DNA of 64,000 nucleotides from Octopus sinensis (taxonomy: Eukaryota): positions 106,206,001 to 106,270,000 of the forward strand of contig NC_043004.1 in the NCBI RefSeq assembly GCF_006345805.1. Direction: 5' to 3'. Shown one piece after another: positions 39,644 to 50,700 of this stretch. The translations under genes and the position numbers were made by a program. How positions within the stretch are numbered: position 1 is the first letter of the stretch; the number at the start of each line of letters is the position of its first letter. The notes beneath the pieces were generated by a model that had not been told where the DNA came from, did not search any database, and saw only the letters and a list, made by a program, of their open reading frames with translations.

Positions 39644-39802
39644 GACAGGCTTCTTTCAGTTTCCCTCTACCAAATCCACTCACAAGGCTTTGGTGGGCCC
39701 GAGGCTATAGTAGAAGACGCCCAAGGTGCCACACAGTGGGACTGAACCTGGAATCATGTGGTTGGTAAGTAAGCTACTTACCACACAGCCACTCCTACGC
39801 CT
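39389..39802 (-). mobile_element. SINE family A, full-length
   Basis: Reverse complement of the 20222 element across head, core and tail. Confidence 0.85.
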
Positions 39803-41664
39803 TAATTTCTTTCCTACTTCTGAATTTAGTGATTTGATTTGATTTGCAGAATTGTAGTTGTTTCAGAATATGTAAAGGTATTTAGTAGTAAAGTATATTC
39901 TGCGATAATGTTAATACGAGCCACATTTCCAATATTCAAAGCTTCTAAATGAAGAACAAGTTCAAACTGTCTGGTGGCTGATAAAAATTATAAGGAAATG
40001 AAGCTGATAAACGTGTTTGAAGTTAACCTAGTTATTTGAGAAAATGATATCTGGGTCTTAATGAAGAACACACTGAAAAATATTCACCTGCCATTTCAAT
40101 GTGTGGGGTTTTTATAGCAAAAGAAATATTTTATATAGATTTGCCAAGAAATTTTAATGATTCTCTGTGTGCAAAAATGCTGCAGCCGTTTTGTAATGGA
40201 CATTACGGCATGTCTTGTACAGTGATTATCTGGGAAAACAATAGCCAAAATGTTTTTGCCTATGAGTAGCATTTCTGAGAAAGTGTCACTCAAACAGATC
40301 AACCAAGAACCCTTCTAATGAACTTCCTTATCCCAAATAATTTAATACTATGGTGACCCCAGTGATTGCTAGCAGTGCAGCATCCCACCGCTTCCCTTAT
40401 CACCCCTTGAGAATTATATACAGAAATGTCAACTGCCTCATTAATTTTTTTTTCCTGCTCGTTATGTGTGGGTTATGAGGAGGCTGTATCTGAATCGTAG
40501 TCTCCAACCAAGTAGTATACAACTGTCGGGCCTAGAAATGAAAAACAACGTCAGTTCAGAGTTTGTTTGTTCTACTGAATTTTTCTTTTGGTTATCAGTT
40601 TATGAAACAGAATAAAAATAATACTGAAATATCTGCCTCATCTTCTAAATGTTGACCTGGCATCTATTATTGACTAGTCTAAAGGTTAGAGGTTTGGTGG
40701 TCATGCCATTGCCAATACTCATATATCAAGAGAGACTGTAATAGTTTACATAACACTACAGACCTTCCAACTATTATCAGAATAGAAATATACTGTCTGT
40801 CTTATCAGTAAAAATATCTTTTATTTCAAAGGATTAAAGGCATTAATTTAACACTTAACCATATTGGCCATTTCTGTAGCAAGAATTTATTTTTCTACAT
40901 GTTACCCATCTGGATTAGTTTGGTAACAAATATATCATTTTACCTATGTACACATCTGGCTTTACTGTACCTATAGCAATTTGAATGTTTCTTAACAGAT
41001 CTATTTCCTTTCAAACATAGTAGTGCCTTCCTTACTTGGTACAGTTATATTTGGACTAAAATAAGCTGAGGAGCCTATTTTAGTCTGACTTGTTACAACA
41101 GATGGGATTTGACCAAATCAACGTTCAGTGTTGAATGATGCATTGCTGGGATATATCATTTAATATCTACAAACTTATCTCCTCTTTTTTGGCATCATTA
41201 TCCTAATGACCATCCTCAATGTCAGTATTGCCTCATCATCACCAGCTGCATCAGATATATATTTTCCAGTGTTAAAATATGATAGAACACCCAATATTTC
41301 AATGATTACTTCTGTCCTCTGTAAAAGATTTAAAACCTTCACAGAAATTAATTAGCCTCCACATGCATACAATTAATTCCCAATTCCATTTCTGTATTTC
41401 CACATTTACTTACTGGGAGGTCTGCTTGGATTCAGCTGAAAATGATCTTCTGTACAACATTGAAACCCATTGCAAAGGTCTTTCTCACTCATGATAGGTT
41501 GTAGTTTAAAAACTGAGAGATATCATGTCAAGTACACACCTGGCAGTCTAAGGTCAGGTGGAACTGTAAGTTCAGAGAGGAATTTTGTAAACACAGATAA
41601 ATGTTTATGAGGATTCTATTTTCAGTCTCTTAATATTCCTTATAGTCATTCAGGTAATAAATTA

Positions 41665-41765
41665 GGAGACCAGGTGTGGTGTTCATTGGAACTTGTATTT
41701 GCTGATGACTTGGTACTCATAGAAGAATCCCTCAAAGAACTACAGAAAAAAACTCCAAACCTGAA
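41665..41765 (+). mobile_element. LINE reverse-transcriptase fragment
   Basis: LELVFADDLVLIEESLKELQKK contains the non-LTR RT (Y/F)ADD catalytic motif. It is an isolated fragment of about 100 bp. Confidence 0.7.
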
Positions 41766-41787
41766 AAAAATAATTATAAAAATATAT

Positions 41788-42150
41788 ACTGGTGTGGCTG
41801 TCTGGTTAAAAGTCTTGCTTTGCAACCACATGGCTTTGGGTTCAGTTTTATTGCATAGCACCTTTGGCAAGTGTCTTCTACTATAGCCCTGAGCTGACTA
41901 ATGCCTTGTGAATGAATTTGGCTAATGGAAACTGGAAGCGTGTGTGTGTGCATATATGTGTGTTTGTCCCAAACCACCTTGACAACAGGTTTGTTTATAT
42001 CCCCATAGCATAGCATTTTGCCAAAAGACACCAATAGAATGTGTACTAGACTTTAAAAGAAATAAGTTCTGAGGTTGATTTATTCAACTGAACCCTTCAA
42101 GACAGTGCCCCAGCATGGCCACAGTACAATGAGTGAAACAAGTAAAAGAT
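41788..42150 (+). mobile_element. SINE family A, older copy
   Basis: Head, core and tail are recognisable but more diverged. Confidence 0.75.
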
Positions 42151-42370
42151 TAAAAAAAAAATATAATCAAAAAGCCTAAAAGCCAACAATACACTGACCG
42201 ATTAGTGTCGAAGAACATACAATATCAGTCCCATGTGGGAAGTGGCCTTACTCGATATATAAAAAGGAGTTGGTGGTAAGAACTAAATACTCTCTACTCT
42301 GTGTAAGTTATAGTTCCATAAAGTGCTCAATGACATTGAATTGAACCTAGATATCAAACATAATTGATAT

Positions 42371-42776
42371 TCTTTACTTGTTTCAGTCATTTGACTGCAG
42401 CCATGCTGGAGCACCGCCTTTAGTCGAGCAAATTGACCCCAGGACTTATTCTTTGTAAGCCTAGTACTTATTCTATCGGTCTCTTTTGCCGAACTGCTAA
42501 GTTACGGGGATGCAAACACACCAGCATCGGTTGTCAAGCGATGTTGGGGGGACAAACACAGACACATAAACACACACACACACACACACACACACAAATA
42601 TATATATATATATACATACATATATACGACGGGCTTCTTTCAGTTTCCGTCTACCAAATCCACTCACAAGGCTTTGGTCATCCCGAGGCTATAGTAGAAG
42701 ACACTTGCCCAAGGTGCCACGCAGTGGGGCTGAACCCAGAACCATGTGGTTGGTAAGTAAGCTACTTACCACACAG
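42371..42776 (-). mobile_element. SINE family A, full-length
   Basis: Reverse complement of the family A head, core and tail. Confidence 0.85.
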
Positions 42777-44249
42777 TCGTCTGCAACATGGCGTCAGTTT
42801 GTTATTGGAACTATTTTGTAACATAGCAAATGTCTTTCTAGTAAATATGCACATCAATTATATTTCTTCTTTTATATATATATATATATATGAGGCTTAT
42901 ATTTATGTAAGCAATCATCATCATTATCATCAAAAACCAACGTTATTGCTACTACTGCTGTTACATACTTGTTGTGAGTTACATAAGTCTGCAAAACATT
43001 CTAGCCCTATTTATTTTATGCATGAATGCCAACTTTCTAAGGTATAATTTAACAACTTCATGCCAATCTGTTGCTTTTTCTATCATCTGCCTATGAGATT
43101 CATTCTGACAACTAGAAATAAAGTCATCTCTAAGTGTGCAAGTTTCCCCCACCCCCATCATTTAGTGATGTGTAGTTAGTATTTTTTTTTTTTTTTTACT
43201 GCGCCAAATATTTTCACAGTTCTTTATCTAAAAATAACTTCTCTAAAGTTTACTTTGGTAAACATAAACAAAAATCTTTGAAAAGGCAGGTAAAACAAGT
43301 TATCTTGCTTAACAGGCGTTAACCTAAGAAAATCTCAGACATGGTATTCAGTTTTAGGTTTCTGAATACACTTAAGTCAATCCTTGATAAATAAGTAAGG
43401 CTTAAAAAAGTCTTTCTACTTTTCTGTCTAATATAGTCCATAGGTTGAATTACTTTTTCAACTACTAACCCACTGATTGTCTTTTACTGCTTGTAGTAAC
43501 TACCTACGCATCACTACTGGTCGGGCTGGTTTTTTAAAAAGATCTTACTTGATTATCAACATTCCTTCAGTGAATTTTTTTCTCTCTGCAGCAGTGAGAG
43601 TGATGGGCAGAGTGAGAGAGAGAGAGAGAGGGAAGAAGAGTAATAAATTTAAGTACAAACTTGTATAATATATCTACATCTTCATTTCTACAAGATAATT
43701 CCACTAACTTTCTGACAGCTGTCTTCATGGCTGATACAGAGTTGCAGTTATCTCTGATTAGTTTGGTCACAGACAGAATGGTTAGTTTGTTGCTCAGAAA
43801 TTTACAGCTGCCAATGAGAGAAGGTTGCTGTGATAAGAACTGATGGAACCGGTTCCATTTGTCTTTCTCTCTTACTCGTTTCTATCTCTAATATTAGCTT
43901 GCAGATTTTTTTAGCTGCTGCTGTTTATTGTACTCCTAAATGAAGGGACACTGCCCATAGTCTTGAAAGGTTCCAACTCTGGTGACGGAATGAATGAGTG
44001 TTTGAGATGACAGCAGTTAATATTTAACTTGATGTAAGGTGGTCAGTTGGTAGAATCATAGCAACAAAATGCTTAGTGTCGTTGTGTCTATCTTCACGTT
44101 CTAAGTTCAAATTCCACCGAGGTCGACTTTGCCTTTTATAGTTTCAGGATCGAAACCAGTTGAACACTGGGATTGATCTAATTGACTTACCCCCTCCCCC
44201 AGAATTGCTGGCCTTGTGCCAAAATATGAAATCAATATTTAGTTTGATG

Positions 44250-44480
44250 AATTAGAAGGCATTGTTAGTTGAAATAAATAGATGGTGATTGAGTATCATT
44301 GAGAATTGGTGATCTGAATAAGGTCCTATTTGGTGAGGGGTTGAGAGAGGGAGATAGATAGTGTAAGTGATTAGTAGTTGAGTAGCTTTAGTATTTGCAA
44401 CCTGCCTTGAAAACATGTCTGGACTTGGAGTGAATATTACACTGTTTGGAAAAAGGTGAGGGTTAGTAAGAAGATCACCT
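44250..44480 (-). mobile_element. Possible LINE endonuclease-domain remnant
   Basis: Minus-strand ORF segment GDLLTNPHLF...IGPYSDHQF resembles the APE endonuclease DLxLTN...SDH motifs. Support is weak. Confidence 0.3.
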
Positions 44481-46776
44481 GCCTCAATGAACCCCACCTG
44501 ACTTATGCAAGAATTGAAAGGTGTCTGTATGAAAGAGAAATAAAAATGAGGTAACAAAACAAAGATTTCTCTTGCCAAAAGCTGGAAAAAAAAGAATTTT
44601 TTTTTTTCATTATTTATTTTAGTAAAATTGATTGCACAAAAAAAAGAAGTTAAAAAGTTACTTTAATTGAAATTTTATTCAATAGTGATGAGATTAGTGA
44701 AAGATAATCTGTGAGAATACAAAGCTGTTAAAGAGCTAATAGTTAAATGTTACATCATTGTAACAAAAAAGAACAAATAACAATGTTTCCACTTTTTAGA
44801 AGTCACTTTTGTCTTTGCCTAAATCACTGCATGGTTAACGAACAGAAACCCCTATTTTCCCAATCGATCCTAATTTGCTCAAGAGAAAGAATTCATGTCT
44901 AAATATTCAATTATTGAAACTATGGATTGTAAAAAATTAGATCTGGGTTCCTTAAAAAATGACTTAATTTTTTTGTTACTCTGCTTCTGTTGAGATATGC
45001 TGTCATTCTTCATCCTCGTTTCAATGCTTTGACAGGATTCAATCGGCCCAGGAGCTCCATTTTGCTCCAGTTGCTGCTTTGGTGTAGTTTCTCTGGCTGG
45101 ACACTGTCCCTAATACCAACAACGCTACAGTGTGTTTTGGGTGTGTTTTTTTTCATGCGACCAGCACTAATGAGGTTACGATCAGTTAGCACAACTGATG
45201 GGAAGGTTTTATTACTGCTAAATATATAAGAGAAGGGGCCAGGTCAAAACAGGCTTCTTGCTGTAGAAGAGTGACATGACTCTTAGAAGAAACAGTAGGA
45301 ATGGTCAGCTGGAGCTCGAAAGCAATAAAAACAGTGGTGACAGGGTCTCAAGATGGACCTTAAAGTTACAAAGAATTTAGTAAAATATCTTTATTCAGCT
45401 GGTGTTTGGGACTTAAAATCACAAACAATTTTGATGGAAAGTTTTTCTGTAGATCTTTAAAACGAGCCACTTATATCATAGAAGTAGGGATGGTCTCAAG
45501 TGGGTTGGTATCAAAAAGGTTAAACAAATTAGTTGAAAATTGCTATTACATGTAACAGATGGAAGAATTTGTTATTGCATCTTGATCATGTGATCTTGGC
45601 TGTGATGTATTCAAAGAAAATTACATTGAACAAGCCAGTGAGGGAGCCTTTAAATGGTTCGTTCAACCTGCTAGAAATAGAAATCAAGTGTCTCTTTAAA
45701 AAAGGAGGATACTTTGTATTATGTATTTCTAGATAAACTCTGCGAAAAACAAAAAGATGACTGGAGTACCTTTTGATCATAGTTGACCTAGGGTTAAACC
45801 ACAACAATTTGAATTATGGAAGGGCAGTTAAACAGGAGGTCAATTAGTATGGTCACAAGCGATTTTATCATGTCATCATGTGAAATATTGAGGTTTGACA
45901 TGGTTCCAATATTTCAGAGTGAATGTTACATAATTTTACTTTTTTTTATACTAACTTACTTGTAATGGCTCCTAAGTTTCAAAGATACAAACTCTCTCCT
46001 TTCAAAAGGTTCATATCACAATTTTCTAGCAACAACAGATTAAAAATGAAGTTATTTTACTAATTTTGTCCTAGTTTTGTATTATTTTCCAAATTAATTG
46101 AAACATACGTACAGTTTTTGACTGGAATTATGTATGGTTCAGGGTTTTGAGCTGGCAGAAACGTTAGCACGTTGGGCGAAATGCTTAGCAGTATTTTGTC
46201 TGTCATTATGTTCTCAGTTCAAATTCTGCCGAGGTCAAATTTACTTTTCATCCTTTCAGGGTCAATTAAATAAGTACCAGTTGCATACTCCCCCATAATT
46301 TTGGGGCCTTGTGCATAGAGTAGAAAAGGAATTCTGTATGGTCCCAATGTTGGTTGCTCAAATTCTACCAGTGAGAGTCTTTCCAGCTTAGCACGACAGC
46401 ATTGTTGGCAGACTGTTGTTCTTGTTGCTGTTGTACAGTCCTAATCAGTTTTGCTCAGTCTGGGATGCTTGGAAGTTATCAATATAATCAGACCAACGGA
46501 GCAATCCATTAAAACCAGCAGACCAATCTAGAGAATCAACAAATTCACAACTTGTAGATTCTCTAACACTTCACTTACACAATACGAAACTCTGATCAGG
46601 TTTAAAATCTCATTACTGGCAATCTTATGTTGTGTTTGGTTTTGCAATTAATAAATAGCATTTCTCTGAGAATCAAGAACAAGATGATAGGGAAAATGTT
46701 GCAGATTAGTCCAGCTGGTGCTGCTATTGTACTAATTTCTAGCAGAAGTACAAAGACTCAAATTCTATGAGAGGTA

Positions 46777-46931
46777 TACGAGGTGTGTTCAAAAAGCATC
46801 TGACTTTATTTTTTCCTGCCAAAACTAATGCCGTATGGGCAAAATCCTTTGGATGAGAAGTGCACATGCATGAAATTTTTCATGCCAGTAGGCCTTGTCA
46901 ATTCCTGGATACTTCTTGGACACACCTCGTA
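46777..46931. mobile_element. Mariner-type MITE
   Basis: TA flanks and TIRs TACGAGGTGTGTTCAAAAAGCATC / rc TACGAGGTGTGTCCAAGAAGTATC (21 of 24 match), typical of mariner TIR starts. Confidence 0.8.
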
Positions 46932-49032
46932 TGGTCAATTAGATCACCTCTTTCCATTCAGTATTTCACTGATACTTTATTTTAGTGGCTGTGGAAGCTC
47001 AAATAAACTTCAGCAGGATTTGATCTTAAAATATGATTTTAGTCAAGGCATTTTGTCTGACTCGCTATCATTTCTGCTAATTCACTCTCCTAACAAATTA
47101 AAATAATGATGGTGATGATCTATCCTGATTGTTAAAGCTTATTACAAAGGTTAACCCCACAGCCTTTAAAGCACAAGGGTAAAAGTACTTGGTGGAAACT
47201 AAGTGTTAGTCTCAGAAGTACCAAAAGAACTTCAAAAATAAGTTTAATGAATTGCTTGATGAAATAACTCGTTAATGACTTGAAGATTTTAGTGAAAAAA
47301 TTACTTTCTTAATTACACTAAACAGGGCCTGCAAATTTTGACATTTACAGAAATTGTTGTTAAAGCACTTTTTTTTTTTTTTTTTTTTTTTTGGTGTTGC
47401 AATGACTATGGCACATGAGTGGGTGTCCTCTCTTATCATTAATCTAATTTAAATGTGAAATGTGTCAAGCATTATTTAATATGTGGATGTACTGAACTAA
47501 GTTGAGTAACATATCTTACCTATAGATTCAATGTTGTATCCCAGACAGAGTTTGGGCCCAAGAATTGTAGAAAACATGATAGACTTGGTAAACAATATTT
47601 TGTAGATGATTTAGTTGTCTCATTTTTTTGTTGTTGTTGTTGTTATTGAATGTGTTTTAAGAGCGGGGGATGGTGGTGTTCTGAATCCAACTGATAGGTC
47701 CACTCTGTATTACTGGTTGACAAACCACCCCCACCAAAAGTTTTATGCCTACTGCTTTACTCTACCTACACCTCTCCTCTCTCCAACTGTTTAACCCCCC
47801 CCCTCTCTCTTCTCTCTCTCTCTCGTTCTCTCTGTGAAACTAAGAAAATGACTCCTGTTGACATTCTCTCATTTCTAAACGCCACCACCTCTCATGAAAT
47901 TGGCCATCATCAACTCTTTCCTGAGAAACCACCTCGTCTGTTGGGCTGCAACTGTTAGTATCTGTATTCTCAGGCAAGCAATCATATGCACCCTCTCTCC
48001 CTCCCTCCCTCCCTCTCGTTTTCTCTGTCTCACCCCCTTCTTTCTTTCCCTCTCTCTCTCTATACTCACATTCTGTCAGTCTTCTATTTAATTGAGATAA
48101 ACTAGTAATTACTCGTGATGCCATTATTCGCACAGAAACTGGTGGTGGGTGTTTTTGTTGTTGTCACTGCTTTGTTCCCTTATATTGTTGTCTGGTCATA
48201 TGTAACGAGTACCGAAAATTCTGGTGCTTTCGCCTTCGGTTGATACCAGGCAACTTGAACTATCTGCCAGTGGAACTTGGTGAGTTTTTTTCTTTTTCCC
48301 TCCACTGCTGCTATTTCTTTATCTTGAGAAGAAATCATACCCCCATACATATATGCACGCACACACACATACACACACACACTCACACACGTACACTCAC
48401 ACACATACACACACACAAACCTGTTAAAAGACTCAGTCACTCTTGCTCTTCATTTCCACCTTCACTATTTCTTGTTCCTCGTCTGTTGTTTTTTCTTAAT
48501 TAATCTCATTACAATTTCAAATATGTTCATACCTCTGCACCCATACACACCAAACACACACATACACCTGTACATACACCCTTACTTGCACTTCCTTTCT
48601 TTCTTCATTTCTTTCTGTAAAATATTTTCACCAACGTGATTTAAAAAAAAAGGCGTCAACATTTCAAAATTTATTGATGGTTACTGTTCTCTGGAGGCAA
48701 GCTTTCATTAAAGCAAGCCCATGCTTTGATGTTTTCATACGTTCACCTGAGGAGTTTCATTTAAATTTCTTGTCTTGTGAAATATACAAATGTTTTGAAA
48801 GTCACCTCTTCATGGTCTCCTTGCCCGGAACATGAAAAATTTACTACTTTATCTTTGGAATTTTTATTTCAAAAATGCTATTACCATTATCATCACGTCA
48901 CCTGACTGAAACTTGGTGGAACCAGGCTCCTCCTCCTCTTCTTCTTCCTCTTCCTCCTTCTTCCTCCTCCTCTTCTTTCTATTCTCCTTATTAGTGAGGA
49001 CAGTATATTACAGAGTATAGTGGTGAACAACT

Positions 49033-49258
49033 TTAACCCTTCCATTATCTTATATTTGCTGAAATACTTTTTGTTTCAATTAACTTTGAAAAATAATGAA
49101 GAATTTAGTGAAATGACTTTGTCATTATTAAAGCTGATGTTTGGAAGAAAGTAACATGAGATTTTAATAGAAGATTTTAGTTGAGATCATTTCAAAATGG
49201 GAAGTTTGTATAAGAGAACCATGAGTTATCTCAGGTGGGTTGGCATCAAAAGGGTTAA
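49033..49258. mobile_element. piggyBac-like MITE, family 2
   Basis: TTAA-CCCTT...AAGGG-TTAA ends. A reverse-oriented relative starts at 60716 (ttaaccctttcaaatacaacccacctga). Confidence 0.6.
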
Positions 49259-49755
49259 TGTCCTTGTAGTATTTAGGGACATCCCTATTTGTTCTAAGTT
49301 TAAAATCTGGCCAAGGTTGAGTTCGTCATACATTGTTGCAGTCAGTATCAATATAATCAATACCAATCATGTACTGAAAACAATTAAATCAACAGCATGG
49401 TCACAGCCTCGGGGCTGAAACATATAAAAGGAGCAAAAGAATATTTTTGCCCTCAAAATGTGTGGCCTTGTGTTTATGGTAGAAATCAAAAAGTCAGACT
49501 TCTCCATAAAATTCCAGTCCTGTGCATGTTTGAAATCCCCTCCCCCCACCACACAGTCCTTGTATTGTACCCCCTCTTGTGCTATGTAAAAAGCTCTAAG
49601 TTCACTCTACTGAGTGGTTGATGTTAGGAAAGGCATCCAGCTGTAAAAATCCTGCCAAAACTGTCGCAGAAGTCTGGTGCAGGCTTTGGCCTGGTGAGCT
49701 TTTCTCCTGTCCCACTCATGCTAGCACTGAAGACAGATGTTAAACAATGATGGTG

Positions 49756-49798
<43 letters not shown>

Positions 49799-50432
49799 GA
49801 GGGTGGTGGATTGGCAGAATTGTTACAGCCTTGGGATTTTTTTTTTTTCCTCTTACATTCAGGTGAGGAGTATTTCATCCACCAGAGTCAACTTCCTTAG
49901 GGGAAGTGTTGGTGGTGGTGGGGATTAAGTATCAGCCTAGTACTGGGGGTTGATATTATTAACTTATCCCTTCCAAATCATTGACCTTGTGTCTAAATTA
50001 GAAACAACTATTGCTTTTGTTAAGTCTTCTAAGACTTAGCATTTGGTTTCATTTGTCTGCCTACATTCCTATCAATAACATTAGTTAATTTCTTACCGAT
50101 CATCATCATCATCATCAGCATTATTATTTTATTATTATTATTATTATTATTATTATAAGATAGCAAGCTGGCAGAATCATTAGCATGCAGGACAAAATGC
50201 TTAGCAGCATTTCATCCACTAGGGCTCGACTTTTTCTTTCATTCCATTCAGGGTTGATAAAATAAGTACCGGTTGAGTACTAGGGTCCATGTAATCAACT
50301 TAGCCCCTCCCCCGAAATTGCTGGCCCTGAACCAAAATTTGAAACCATTATCATTATTATTAACATTATAACATCAAGGAGGTTTGGACCATTGGTTTGT
50401 TTGTGTCCACATTCTCAGTTAAAACATTTGTT

Positions 50433-50700
50433 AATTCACCCTGCACACATAAGAAAAGCAGGGTTATTGTTGTAGTTGCTCATATTTGTTTGTGTGTTTG
50501 CAAAATTACTGGAAAATGGCTGGACGGCTTTTCACCAAATTTGGCAGAAATACTCATTGAGTGAGTGACTTGAACTCATTAAATTTTTGTTTGATTATCT
50601 TCAAAACTGGCTGGCGGATGAATCGAAATGTTCTTTTTTCTTTGTTACCTATGCATAAATGATAAACATGGGAAATAACTCTTGATGCCATTTTGTTGAA
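50433..50700 (+). mobile_element. Possible DINE-1/HINE-like (Helentron-associated) non-autonomous element; 3' end uncertain
   Basis: 5' stem accctgc...gcagggt (50438-50464), then a short gttt/gt repeat, then the core aaaatggctggacggcttttcaccaaatttggc. This layout is typical of such elements (from recall). Confidence 0.35.

Noticed and set aside
40950-41600. Possible decayed transposase or LINE coding remnant on the minus strand
   Set aside because: The composition is coding-like, but I could not assign any motif with confidence. A tBLASTx or HMM search would be needed.
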